Assembly (NCBI RefSeq): GCF_009914755.1
Contig: NC_060930.1
Direction: 5' to 3' (one strand)
DNA length: 64,000 bases
Source: the human T2T-CHM13v2.0 reference genome, Homo sapiens
This document shows positions 17,230 to 31,082 of this stretch, in pieces (the first letter of the stretch is position 1; the number at the start of each line of letters is the position of its first letter). The notes under the pieces were generated by a model that was not told where the DNA came from, ran no database searches, and saw nothing but the letters and a program-made list of their open reading frames with translations. Position numbers and translations under genes: made by a program.

Positions 17230-18618
17230 TAATGAATCGTAGTCACTGATTTTTATGAACCACTACAGCAAACAAAAAAACTAACAGTGCTGGACGCAGA
17301 TGTGTAGAAAAGGTCCAATATCATGTTGTATAATTAGGAAATGCCACTTTATTAGAAAAAATGCCATGTCCCATGAAATCGGGGACTGCATCTCTTTGTT
17401 CATGGCAGTATCACCAGCACTTAGAGTGGGGACTGGCACACAGTAAGTGCTCAATGAATACTTTTTGGGTGAATTAGAGTCTCAGGGAGGAATTTTGAGG
17501 AAAATCCTTACCTCAGAGGCCTCGCCCCCTACTACTCAAAACGGAAATGACTCCAACTCCCTTTCCGGGATGTCATGGAAGTTGTGTTTACGAGTATGAA
17601 TTGCTACATGTGCAGATTACAGAGGAGAAGCTTGTGTGTGTGTGAAGAGTACAAAGTATTACTCAGATCACACATAAACATACACATAATTATACAGTGC
17701 TCACTTTTGTAAACCTCCTAAGATAATAGTGAAGAGGACACAGGCTAAAAATGGGAAGTCTAAACGGAAGGGCCAGACAAGTGCTCAAAGGAAAATGATC
17801 TGTAGAAGTAAGAAGGGCTGTTTGTGAAGCCAGGACCAGGGGTGCAGACAGGAGCCCAGGAAGCTCCACAGCCACCGCTGCAGCCGAGGTCGTCCTCCCG
17901 GCCATGCCCTCTGTCTTCCAACTCCAGCCTCGTCTGGAATCCCCCTCCTCTACACCACACTCCTCTGGGAGGTGGTCTCCTTTCTTCCTGCCCAGCACCT
18001 TTATGTTCTTTAACTCAAAAGGCAGTGGGAAGAGAAGACAAGGGCCCTAAGAGAGACCTGGGGAACTCGGAAGCCTTTGACTTTGTTCTCAGTAATTCTT
18101 AGTTGGCCTTGGGTTAATCTGTTGGCAACAAAGTCCAACGCAGCAGTGATAAAGAACTTTCCCACTGTGTCAAGCAAGGCCTTTGAAAAAGCAGGGCTGG
18201 GACAATCCCTGGGAAGGCACACAGGGGACAGCCCTGCGTCTCACAGCCTGTCCAGTGGCCCCCACTTGCTCACGATGGCCCGTGCCAGGTCTCAGGACAC
18301 CCACCCCCTTCCATTCTGTCATGTCTAAAGTGTCTGACCCAAAGACTAACCTCCCCTGGAGTTCAGGAAGACTCCACTCTACAGACGCAGCTGACCAACG
18401 TTCCAGGCAGGAGCAGCCAGTTCAATCTCGTGTCCCCTGGGCTGCCGTCTCTGCCTCAGCGGCTACCTTGGAATCTCACCCTCCCAAGGGAGTCCCACCC
18501 CACTGGGGCTTCTGAGCCCCCCTTAGACTCAGCAGGGCTCTAAAAGCAGGGGTTGAAGCATATTAGAGTTTTGCGACAAGTAATAATAACAATAAATGTA
18601 AACCTAATTATGGGCCTA

Positions 18619-19042
<424 letters not shown>

Positions 19043-19404
19043 TCAAAGCGCTACTTGACACAGCTAGCAATTAAATAGTAAAAAGATAGTAGTGAAAAGA
19101 TAATTAGTAAAAAGATTAAATACATTTTTGTGGGTTTGTTTGAAAAGTTAATCTTCCATTTATGATACTGTTTCTACAGAAAATGCTTTTGAATTTCAAA
19201 CAATTACTTCCTAAAAAACTTTGAACCAAAGTCAAGCCTAGGCCTTCATACCCATATTTTAATAGCGGTGTTTTGGGCTTCATAGTACCTTGGCAAGAAG
19301 AGCCTTCCTTCTGCCCCCCAACTCCTACCACACAGCCGCCACCTCCTCCCACACCTCCTCCCCTGTGTCTCCCCCACCCCACAGCCTGGACACACTTCCA
19401 TTAG

Positions 19405-19789
<385 letters not shown>

Positions 19790-20972
19790 TAAGAATTACT
19801 CAATTTTTTTACAATAATAAGAAAGTCTGGAAGCCGCAGCATCTCCTTAGGAGTTATAAGTAGAATAAATGAAAGCTTCAAGAGGGAAGCCAATGGCAGG
19901 ATCCCAGGTGGGTGGGGAGGGGGAGGCGGATGAAAGCTGATTACAAACATGTCCAGTAGCAAGTGGGAGTGGGCAGCCTGAGCCAGGAATTCCCAAAAGG
20001 TTGAGGGAGTTGAACAGAAATGGGTGAAGGGTCAGAATCCAGTCGCTGGGTCAGATTATAGTAATGTCTTCCTGTGTTAGAAAGAGTGATTCATTATTTT
20101 CAAAGGAATGGATAGAAGAGGCCATCCTTCCACACATCTGGGACCCAGTCTTCTTTATGGTAAAGAAAGGTTGGACATCACTCTTTGAGCCCTTTCAGCT
20201 TAGAGTCTGTGAGTCGGAAGAGTTTGTCCATGAGCAGAGACACTAGAACCAAGCCACATAAAAACACGTTTTCATAGTGTTTGGAGAATGTATTGCTTGC
20301 ATATTATGGCTTCAAAGTCAAAATACAACTCCAGAGGACAAACAATTTAGTAGATTCATGAAAAAGCAAGTGAACCTGCTGTAGGATTGGCAATGCATTG
20401 AGGAGGCCAGCCTAGTGGGCTCTGGCAGGAGGAAGAGCTCAGCAGACAGGGCAGGGGGCAGTGTCTGTTCAGCATGATGCTATCTGGGGCTGACCAGAAT
20501 GGCTTCATGAGTGTGTCTGGGTGTGCACATGTGCGTGTGAGTACGTGAGTGTGCGTGCACACGTGCTTGCTGCAGTTACTCACTACAGTGCTTGTTTTTG
20601 CCGAGTTCTCAGCTCCCGAGTTGGTGCCTGTGAAGCTGGTGCGGTCTGCAGATGAGTTTTCTGTTTGGGCTCCTGGAGGCTCCAGCTGTGCCAAGCTAGG
20701 GTATGGCCACTGGTGACTAAGCAGAGAAGCATGTGTCCAGCTGGGTGTGCCTCTCTGGACAGCTGCAGAGAGAAATAATAGGCTTCTTTGCCTGCAGGAC
20801 AAGCCCCTTGACAGTCTGCAAAGAAGTGGCTGGTTCCTCAGCCAGCCACAGGGAGACCCTGAGGTGTAGAGAAGAACCTCTCCAACCCTGGGGAGCTAAG
20901 GGAATGTTCTGTAGCGTCACAGGGGAGATTATTCAGGCTACCCAAGCTGTACAGCATGGCTGGAGGGAACAT

Positions 20973-21601
20973 ACAGACATCCCTCAGCATCCCAGGGGGA
21001 TTGGTTCCAGGACTCCGTGCAGATACAAAACTATGGGTGTTCAAGATGCTTATGAAATCACAGAGTCTTTACATACATCCTATGCACATCCTCCTATATA
21101 CTTTATTTATTTAATTAATTTATTTATGTATTATTTTTATTTTTTAGAGAAGGATTTCACTCTATCCCCTGGGCTGGAGTACAGTGGTGTGATCATAGCT
21201 CACAGTAGCCCCAATCTCCTGAGCTCAGGCAATCCTTCCCCCTCTGCCTTCTGAGTAGCTGTGACTACAGGCCCACAGCAACATGCTTGCCTAATTTGTG
21301 TACTTTTTGTGGAGATGGGATCTTGCTATGTTGCCCAGGCTGTTCTCGAACTCCTGGCCTCAAGTGATCCTCCTGCCTTGGCCTCCCACAGTGCTCTCCT
21401 GTATACTTTAAATCATCTCTACAGTACTTCTAATACTTAAGACAACACAAATGCTGTGTAAATAATTGTTATACTGTGTTTTTTTGTTTGTATTAATTTT
21501 ATTGTATTGTTATTTTAATTTTTTTCCCAAATATTTTTTATGCGTGGTCAGTTAAATCTGAGGATGTGGAACCTGCAGATTTAGAGGATGGACTCGACCT
21601 G
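20973..21601. mobile_element. MER2 (TcMar-Tigger) split by an AluJ
   Basis: ggggattggttccaggac...tatgcacatcctcctatatacttta / aatcatctcta...gaggatgtggaacctgcagat. Confidence 0.85.
21106..21395 (-). mobile_element. AluJ, 5'-truncated
   Basis: TSD CTCCT(A/G)TATACTTTA at 21091-21105 and 21396-21410. Confidence 0.93.
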
Positions 21602-21908
21602 TGTGGTCATCACCTGGACTGTCCAGCCTGCTTCAGTGCATTGCTACATGCCCATTCCCAAAACTGATACTGGAGCACTCCACCAGGCCACCTAGTCAAG
21701 GTTACAGCTTGACTCCCTGTGGCCAGGAGTCCCCAACTACACATAGCCATGGGGCAGGGGAGAGAAAAGCAGGCCTTCTCGGCGACACTGCCCACCCACC
21801 ATGTTCCTCGGCCCGCCGCAGCCGCAGCTATCCTTAACCCCTCCTTGCAAGCTCTGTGTTTATAGTCTTGATCTCAGCCTAGGGGACTTCATTCAAAGCC
21901 CAGGCCCT

Positions 21909-22215
<307 letters not shown>

Positions 22216-22596
22216 CAGGCCCTGAGTTTAGTAGCTGAATCTTGCCGTATTTCTTACACCTAAGTTCTCAGCCCTATTAACTGAGCTCCCAGGAAGTTTG
22301 CTCCCATCACGGTTCCCAGGATGGACACCTTGTTCCCCAATGGCTTGACCCATTCTCCCTCAGCCTTCCCGGGATCTGCGTGGGGTCTCCTTTGCCACTG
22401 CTGGGCTTTCCTGTGTCACTTGCTGCCCCTGGCGCCTCTGCCTCCATCCCAAGTCATAGCTTTCTCTGTGGCCTGCCCTCCATGGTGTGAACACTGCCCA
22501 CTCACAGTCCCTGGGTGTTCTGCGTCCTGCTCCAGCTCAACTTTTCCGCTGCCCTCTTTTGCCATGCTCTGGGGCAACACCAGACTTGTCACCGGT

Positions 22597-22939
22597 TGCT
22601 ATGGTCTGAACGTGTCCCTTTAAATTCCCGTGTTGGAAACTTAATCCCCAGTGCAGCAATGTGGGAAGCTACAGCCTTTTGGGAGGTGGTTGTGTCACAA
22701 GGGCTCCACACTCATGGATGGATTAATGTAGCTCTAAAAAGGGCTTGTGGGAGTGGGTTCACTCTCTCTTCCCCTTTCACCTTCTCCCATGTGAGGACAC
22801 ACAAGAAGGCTCTCACCAGATGTCACCGCCTTGATTTGGGACTTCCTAGCCTCCAGGAGAATGAAGAAGTAATGTTCTGTTTTTCATAAATTACCCAGTC
22901 TCAGGTATTCTGTTTTAGAGCACAAAACAGACACTGGCA
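22597..22939 (+). mobile_element. MaLR solo LTR, MST family
   Basis: tgctatggtctgaacgtgtccc...ataaattacccagtctcaggtattctgtt. Confidence 0.85.
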
Positions 22940-23221
22940 TTCTTCATGCTACCGTGCCCTCCATGTGGCTCCTAGCCAAGGCTGTCCACAATGCAGCCTT
23001 GTGATGCCTTGGGATGCAGGGTCACCCTGCCATCACTATGTGTGCCAGCCCTCCAGCTGGCTACTTTCTGGGTTCCTCCATGGGTCAGGCAGGAACTTCA
23101 GCACATCCTGCATATGATGCAGGAGCTGCAGGACGCTTGGTGGGGTGCTCCACTCTGGCCCTCCCTTCTACCCCACCATGCTGCCTCACCCTACTTACTG
23201 CAACTGTGGGCAGTCAGCCAG

Positions 23222-23657
23222 TGTTTTAGCGCATTGGGCTGCTATAACAAATTACCATGGACTGGGTGGCTTATAAACAACAAAAAGTGATTTCTCACTG
23301 TGCTGGAGGCTGGGAAGCCCAAGGTCAAGGTGCTAGCAGATTCTCAGGGTTCTGGTGGTCGGAAATCTGAGATCAGGGCTGCCAGCATTGGGTTCTGGCG
23401 AGGGCCCTCTCTGTGGCTTGTAAGTGGCCATATCCTTGCTGTGCCCCCACATATTGGCGGACTGGGAAGCAGGGAGAGAGCGAGCAAACTCTCCAGTATC
23501 CATTGTTATAAGAGCACTAAATCCCATCATGGGAACCCTGCCTGCATGCCTCATCTAAACCTGACTGTCTCTCAAAGGCCCCGTCTCCAAACACCATCGC
23601 ACTGGGGGTTAGGGCTTCAATGTGTGAATTTTAGGGGGATACATGCAGTTCATAACG
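23222..23657 (-). mobile_element. MaLR LTR, MLT1A/B-like
   Basis: gggctgctataacaaattaccatggactgggtggcttataaacaac...ggggttagggcttcaat. Confidence 0.85.
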
Positions 23658-23705
23658 AACGTCTACCTTGCAGGGCTGTTGTGAGGATTAAAGAGATAGT
23701 GCCTT

Positions 23706-24046
<341 letters not shown>

Positions 24047-25564
24047 TCAGTAAGTGAATAGAGCACATAGAATTTAGCTCCATTGGACTCAAGTAGCCAT
24101 CAATAGGGGACTAGATAAACAAGCACGTTAAACTAGCTAAATAAGCTTAATGGACATCATATGACAGAAAAAGGAGTAAAGAATTCCAATGGTCCAATAT
24201 GGAGCCATCTTCAATATACAGCTGTAAGCTAGCAAGAAAAGATACAGAATGCTGCACATAGTAAGCCACTTTTGTGTACAAAAGGGTGGGAAACAAGAAC
24301 ATGTGTTTGTATTTGCTTGTGCTTCAATAAAGGGAAATGTAAGAAACTCATAGAAGTCATTACCTGTAAGAGAACAGCAGTGAGGAAGAAACGGGTAAGA
24401 GCAATTCTCAAGTTACAGCTTTTAGAACATCTGGGTTTTTAATCACGTGATATATTTCTATATAAAACATTAAATTACAACAGATGAATAAGTAAAAGGT
24501 TTGCTGCATTCCAACATCCACTGTGTGTAGGGGCAGGGCCTAGAGATGGTTGAAGCATTTTACCAGTGTGGAATCTGAACCCAGAGAGTCCTAGGATTTA
24601 CCTGAAATCACACCGTGGGTGGCAGGATGAGAATCCACATCTACTGACTCCTGCTGCAGGGGCCTCTCCCCATCTCTCCTTTCCATGGTTAAGGCTCTGT
24701 ATTCACTCCAGGGCTTACTCAGATGGAGTGGAGAAAAGATAAATTAATCCCCTCTAATTTCTCACTATGGGGAAATTTCCAGAAACCAGGGATACAGGAA
24801 TAGGAAAAATATAAGTTCCTTCCTGCCTAACAGATACAATCACAGGGTTTCATGAACGGCTCTCCACCTTTGCATGGAGTCACCGCCAAGGGAGAGGCCC
24901 CCCAGAGTCACCTGCCCTCGCTGGTCCAGCCGAGTGCACAGGATACGGCTGCTTCCTCCCCTGGCTGCTTTCCTCTGGTGACTCAGCAGGAGAGCTCCTG
25001 AAATAGCAGCCCTGGGGTGGAGGAGCTCGGGGAAGCCCTGGTCGTCTGGGGGAAGCACCCTTGTCACTGTCCCAGAGATAGCGCTCCCAAAATGTGTTTT
25101 CACCTTCTGGCCAGTGGGGCACGCCAACCCATGGGGTTTTAGAACGACAGGAAATTTGCACTGGAAAGTGCCTGAGAAATCTCTAGACCAGTGCTCGCTC
25201 CTCAAACCCAAAGTGCACAGAATGGCGTGGGGTCTTGTTACAATGCAGACTGAGTCAGTAGGTCCAGAGTGTGGCCTGAGATCCTGCATTTCTAACCCAC
25301 TGCTAGGTGAGGCCCTCCTGCTGGTCTTTTACAATTTGTGGAAGAAGGAAAGGAAGTCCCAAGAGATACAGAGGCTCCACCAACGGCTTCATGTCCTATC
25401 TCCTACCTCTCTGTGGAGGGACACTTTTCCTGCTAAGTCACCATGCCTCGAACTTGGACCCTTCTTAAAGGAAAAACAAAAGCCATGGTCACTGGTCCCC
25501 AAGATTATGTCTTATTCTCAATCTTTATAGATTACGGACTTTTAGTCTATTCTAAAGTCTTTTT

Positions 25565-25855
25565 CTGTGCCCTTGGATGGGTGTTCGCGGGCTCCCAGGA
25601 TGCAGCAGGGAGTGAGGTTGAGGCCATGCCAGAGGCTCCGGGCCTGGGAGTGGGTCCTGCCTGGCCATGCGAGGGTGGGAGTGGGGCAATCGGCTGCCTT
25701 GGGGATACAGGGCACCGGGGACATGGGGAACAGGGGTCCCACCAACACCACTGCTGCTCCCGCAGCCGCTTTTGCCGCCACGGTCCCTGCCCCCACTCCC
25801 GCTGCAGCCGTGACGGCAGCAGCAGCTCTAGACGGCCCACCCACCACTGCCATTA
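25565..25855 (-). mobile_element. MER52-type ERV1 LTR, 5' fragment
   Basis: Reverse complement begins taatggcagtggtgggtgggccgtctagagctgctgctgccgtcacggctgcagcggg, like the MER52 5' end. Confidence 0.7.
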
Positions 25856-26133
25856 CCAGCACCTTGGGAGGCCAAGGCAGGAGGATCACTTGCAGCTTGG
25901 AGTTCAAGACCCATCCGGGCAACATAGTGAGATTGTTGTCCCTACAAAAATAAAATTTTAAAAATTAGCCAGGCATAGTGGCACATGACTGTAGTCTCAG
26001 CTGCTAGGGAGGCTGAGGTGCAAAAATCACTTAAAGCCATGACTCTGAGGCCAAAGTGAGCTATGATTACGCCACTGCACTGCAACCTGGGTGACAGAGT
26101 GAGATCCTGTCTCAAAAAAAGAAAAAAAGAAAG
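25856..26133 (+). mobile_element. AluJ lacking the first ~30 nt
   Basis: Begins at ccagcaccttgggagg; AluJ diagnostics (gcaacatagtgaga, gagctatgat). Confidence 0.92.
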
Positions 26134-26244
26134 AAATTGGTAGACAAATGGGTAGACAGATGATAGACGCAAGCTGCCATGCAGAGAAAAGGGTCTCTCC
26201 CGTGTTGGAGTTTAAATGGGAGAGCAAGCATGCGAATTAGCAGA

Positions 26245-26625
26245 ATTGAAAACAACTGCACTCATGGAAGCAGAGAGTAGAATGGTGGCCACCATTCTAC
26301 TGGGAGGCTGGGCTGGGAGAGTGGGGAGACAAGAATCAAAGGGTACACTGTCTCAAGTAGCTAGGAGGAATAAGTTCAATTTTTTTTTAGATTGATTGCA
26401 CAATGTTGTGAATATACTTAATTGAGCACTGTACATTTCAATATCACTAAGAGTAAATCTCAAATGTTCTCATCACAAAACATGTCAAATATTTGAGGTG
26501 ATGGATGTTAATTAGCTAGATTTAATCATTTCACATTGTATTCAAAATCATAACATCACTTTGTGCCCCATAAATATATACAACTACAATTTGTCAATAT
26601 ATAAGTTTAAAATGTTTTAAAAGAA
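26245..26625 (+). mobile_element. L1MA 3' end
   Basis: ctcatggaagcagagagtagaatggtgg...aaatgttctcatcacaaaa...gaggtgatggatg...ccccataaatatatac. Confidence 0.85.
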
Positions 26626-27175
26626 AAATAGGAGACTCAACACGGCAATTGTATGGCCTTGATTCACCCCAGATCTTCCCCTCCAGAAATCTCCATAGCA
26701 CTCAGCTCCTGAAGGCAGCAGAAGCTGCCCACTGCTGTATGCCTCAGCTCAGCCCTGCCTTGCAGCCCAACTGTGCCAGCCACAAAAGCAAATGAGGACC
26801 CAACCAAGTGCTCACTGGGCCAGACAGTTCCTCTGGGAGTCCATCAGTGACTTCCAAATCCTGGCCTAGGGCATGCTCACAGCAGCCCCACAGGGGAAAA
26901 TAGAAAAAAAATAGAAAATAGAAAACTGATAGATTCCTAAAGCTGGAAACCAGAAACTGAAGCCAACTCTCACAACTCATAGACTTTCAGAGCTGGAGGG
27001 AGGTGAGGCCAAGGGAGGTGGCATTATTTCTCCTAGGTCACAGAGTGCAGATCATCCTGCTGCTGCATATCTCACTGTGTCAGTCACACACCAATCCAGG
27101 TCGCTTCAGGATGAGGCCCTGAATTATCAAATATGTTGTAAGTGGATGAACCCTGGTTTTTAGTCTTGTACTAAT

Positions 27176-27494
<319 letters not shown>

Positions 27495-28218
27495 ATGAAC
27501 TAATGTTTTATTGTGTGCTTAATAAATACTTGTCAAGTGAATGAGTACTTGAATAAACCAATAACTCACACACCCCTGCATTCCAAAACTCTAAACAAAT
27601 TAGATTTATGATTCTATAAGGTTCCAATAGATTTGGTTTTAATATATTAAAATCTATCAAGTTCTCCTGCCCTCAAGCTAAAGGAGTATAGAGAGATTGT
27701 CCTTAGATGCCAATAGGCATTAGGGATGCCAGCCTCCACTTTCTGCCCATGGGGCCATGTGCGGGATGGAGAGGGTGCAGGTGGACAGGAAGCAGCTAGA
27801 GAACCATTGGGCTTAGGCCTTACCTGACATCGGACTTAAAACTAAATGACATAAATGAAACTTCATGGTGTGAGTGTATTCATTTGTTGAATGTCAAATG
27901 CAAACATTTATAATATGTCACAGTTTTGATAACATTGTTTTGGCATATCTTCTAGTCTTAAATATATCAGGGCAATACATTCATCGCACCTGTGCCTGCA
28001 CTTACACACATGCACACATGAGATCCAACCCTAACACTTCTGGCCTTGCTCTGAAATGCCCAAGGGCGTCCTCCTTTCTGGGTCTTGACAGTCTTGTTTA
28101 TCAGGATCCTGCAAGGAAGCAACTGCTGCTGGCCACAATGTCTATAATCAAAGCTAAGTCAGGATTTACTGGCTTGAAACACAGAAGCAGTCATTTGAAT
28201 GCTAAAAAACATATCACA

Positions 28219-28502
28219 GGGCAGGGTGTGGCCCATGGCTGTAATCCCAGCATTTTGGGAGGTCAAAGCAGGAGGATAGCTTGAGTCCAGGAGTTTGAGA
28301 CCAGTCCAGGCAACATAGTGAGACCCCATCTCTACAAAAAAGAAAAAAAGTATAGTCAGGTGTGGTGACATGTACCTGTGGTCCCAGCTACTAGGGGGGC
28401 TAAGGAAGGATTGCTTGAGCCAGAATTTCAATGCTGCAGTGAGCTTAGATCTTGTCACAGGGCTCTAGCCTGGGTGACAGCAAGACCTCATCTGAAAAAA
28501 AA
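28219..28502 (+). mobile_element. AluJ
   Basis: Diverged dimer with AluJ diagnostics. Confidence 0.92.
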
Positions 28503-28631
28503 GTCTTGATATGCTGTGATACACACACACACGTGTAATATGCTGTGATATATACATACACACATATGTGTGTATATCATATGTATATTACACAAATATA
28601 TGTGTGTGTATATCACAGCACATCAGGACTT
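28501..28631. repeat. Inverted repeat enclosing CA/TA/TG microsatellite
   Basis: Left arm aagtcttgatatgctgtgatacacacacac; reverse complement of right arm aagtcctgatgtgctgtgatatacacacac. Confidence 0.85.
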
Positions 28632-29083
28632 GGATAGGTCTTAGACGTCTCCTAATCATGGCCCTTTCATTTTACAGGAAAGATCCAAAGAGAGTGCATA
28701 ACCTTCCCAGGTCTGATTGCTGGCTTGTGGTAAGACCTGGTCTCCAGAGGGATTTTTTAATCATAATTTGGTGTCTTCAATTGTTAGGAAGACAGAATTA
28801 GAACCAGTGAAAAACACATCACATTCCCAGGAAGATTGTACTTCTCTTTCATTTGTATCAAATATCAGATCATTCAGAGTAATCTTTGCTAAGATAACAA
28901 TCCTTGCGGAATTGCCCAAATATATGATAAACCAACCATCAGAAGCTTTTGCCACAGTACGCATGGGGAAGCACACATCAGATTCGCTTACTGGCTCTGG
29001 AGGCTTCATGGGTATACCTCTCACCTTTTAAGCTTCATTTTTCTCATCCGTAAAGTGGGGCTGACAAAAGTACTTAAGGTTTG

Positions 29084-29383
29084 GGCCGGGTGTGTTGGCT
29101 CACGCCTGTAATCCCAGCATTCAGGAGGCCAAAGTGGGTGGATCACCTGAGGTTAGGAGTTCAAGACCAGCCTGGCCAACATGGTGAAACCCCATCTCTA
29201 CTGAAAATAGAAAAATTTGCCAGGTGTGATGGTGGGCGCCGTAATCCCAGCTACTTGGACTGAAGCAGGAGAATCGCTTGAACCTGGAAGGTGGAGGTTG
29301 TAGTGAGCACGACTGCACTAAGATTGCACCACTGCACTCCAGCCTGGGTGACAGAGCGATACTCGGTGTCAAAAAAAAAAAAA
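29084..29383 (+). mobile_element. AluS inserted in a MIR
   Basis: TSD CTTAAGGTTTG. Confidence 0.96.
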
Positions 29384-30837
29384 GGTGCTTAAGGTTTGTT
29401 ATGAGAATTAAGTGAAACTACGCATATGAAGGCACTTAGCATAGTTCCTGACACATCTTCAGTGTTAAGTAAATATTAGCAGAGGTTATTATTATTGCAT
29501 TGTTGCTGCTGCTTTTGTTATTATGCAAATGAATCCACTTCTCATGCAGGTGTCTTGCCCTCTCTCCCACCTGACCCTTCCCTCTTAGGAGGGCTCTCAT
29601 GTCCCCACTCCCTGAGTCTCTGTGGCTCTCAACATTTATTACCAAGCACCTGCTTACAATTACTGACTCTTGAACCCCGTGATTTGAGGTTTTGTCTGCC
29701 AAATTATATTTATTAAGAAATAATTCCTTTTCCAAGGTCTAGTAGGATAAAAATGGTCACAAATTCTTTCTCCATTCTCTGAATCCATGACTTGATTTGA
29801 TAGTAGAATATGGTGGAGGTGATGCTGTGCAGCTTCCAGACAGGACCCAAAAGGCCTTGCAGCTTCCACTGGTGCTCTCTTGGAATGTTGCTGTTGCACA
29901 TAAGAAGCCTGGACTAGCCTGCTGGATAAACCAATTAACAGCCCCAGCTGACTATCGACCATGCGAGTGAAGGTGTCTTAGACCAGGCCTGGTTGGCCCT
30001 CCAGAAGACTGTGGCCACATGAGTGACCCCAGACAAGACTAGTGGAACCACCACCCAGTTGAGCCCAGATCAGAGAGCAGAATCTTTAGCAAATAAATAA
30101 CAATTGCTTTGTGTGACTAAATGTTGGTATGGTATGGCCTACCAGGCAGCGATGATACATCACAGAAATTGTTTCTGGAATTGAGATGCTGGCATAAAAA
30201 AGAAGAAAAAAATGCATGTACATGACATCTTTGGGACTAATTAGCCTGAGTCTGGAAAAGTGAGGAGGCTGTGAGGAGCAATGACAGACAGACTATTCAT
30301 GGAGGGTGAAAAACCAGTGAGGAGATTCTTATTTCAGGTTGGAAAAAAAGGCAACACATGTTATATCGTGGCAGAACAACTGGGAAAATGTCACCTGTGG
30401 TAACTTAGAAAACAAAAACCGTATTTATTAAATTTGTAGCTCTGGTTAAGAACATCTCTAACACAGAATGTTGAGAGTCACGTGAATGTTTTTAGCAGAA
30501 TATAAGACACTGCAAAAGAGAAATGAGCTAAGAAGAAACTGTTGAGTTTGCAAACAGAATTTAGAACCGTAGAGGGCTCGGGACTTAGTGGGTTAGAAAG
30601 TAGAATTCAGCTAAGCTTTAAGGCATTGTCTCAGAGTGGCCTGACATGGACGAACAGAAAGAGATCTGTCTCAAAACAAATGGATAGTGTGGCTTTTGGG
30701 GCATGGAATGTACCCTATGTGATTCATGGGAATCCTACACAGTCTTAAAAGAGTTGTCCTGATGAAGGCACCACCAGCCCAGACTAAAAGAAAACAAGAG
30801 AGATCACATTAAAAAGAGAACTCCAGACTCCCAAATT

Positions 30838-30915
30838 TCTTTCTTTTTTTTTTTTTTTTTTTTCAAGAAAGGGTCTTGTTCCGTCATCTAAGCTGGAGTG
30901 CAGTGGTTCAGTCAC
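30838..30915 (-). mobile_element. Alu 3' fragment
   Basis: Poly-T then gggtcttg...gctggagtgcagtgg. Confidence 0.85.
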
Positions 30916-30919
30916 AGCA

Positions 30920-31082
30920 CTGTCAGTCTTAAGGTCTCTGTGTTAGTGTTTGTGAACCATGTCTGACCCTTACTTTCCATCATGGCCTGAACTAGTTTTT
31001 CAGGTTAACTTTGGAATGCCCTTGGTTGACAGGAGTGTCTGTCAGTCAGTTGAGGGGGTTAAGATTTTATTTTTGGATTACA
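30920..31082 (-). mobile_element. MER4-family LTR 5' fragment
   Basis: Reverse complement tgtaatccaaaaataaaatcttaaccccc...gcattccaaagttaacctgaaaaactagttcaggccatgatgg. Confidence 0.7.

Noticed and set aside
25443-25961. Stack of 97-172-aa Ala/Gly-rich ORFs
   Set aside because: They lie on the GC-rich MER52 LTR fragment and adjacent AluJ.
28717-29031. Overlapping 104-aa and 87-aa ORFs on opposite strands in unique sequence
   Set aside because: Non-ATG starts, no recognisable homology, no convincing splice context; lengths within chance expectation.
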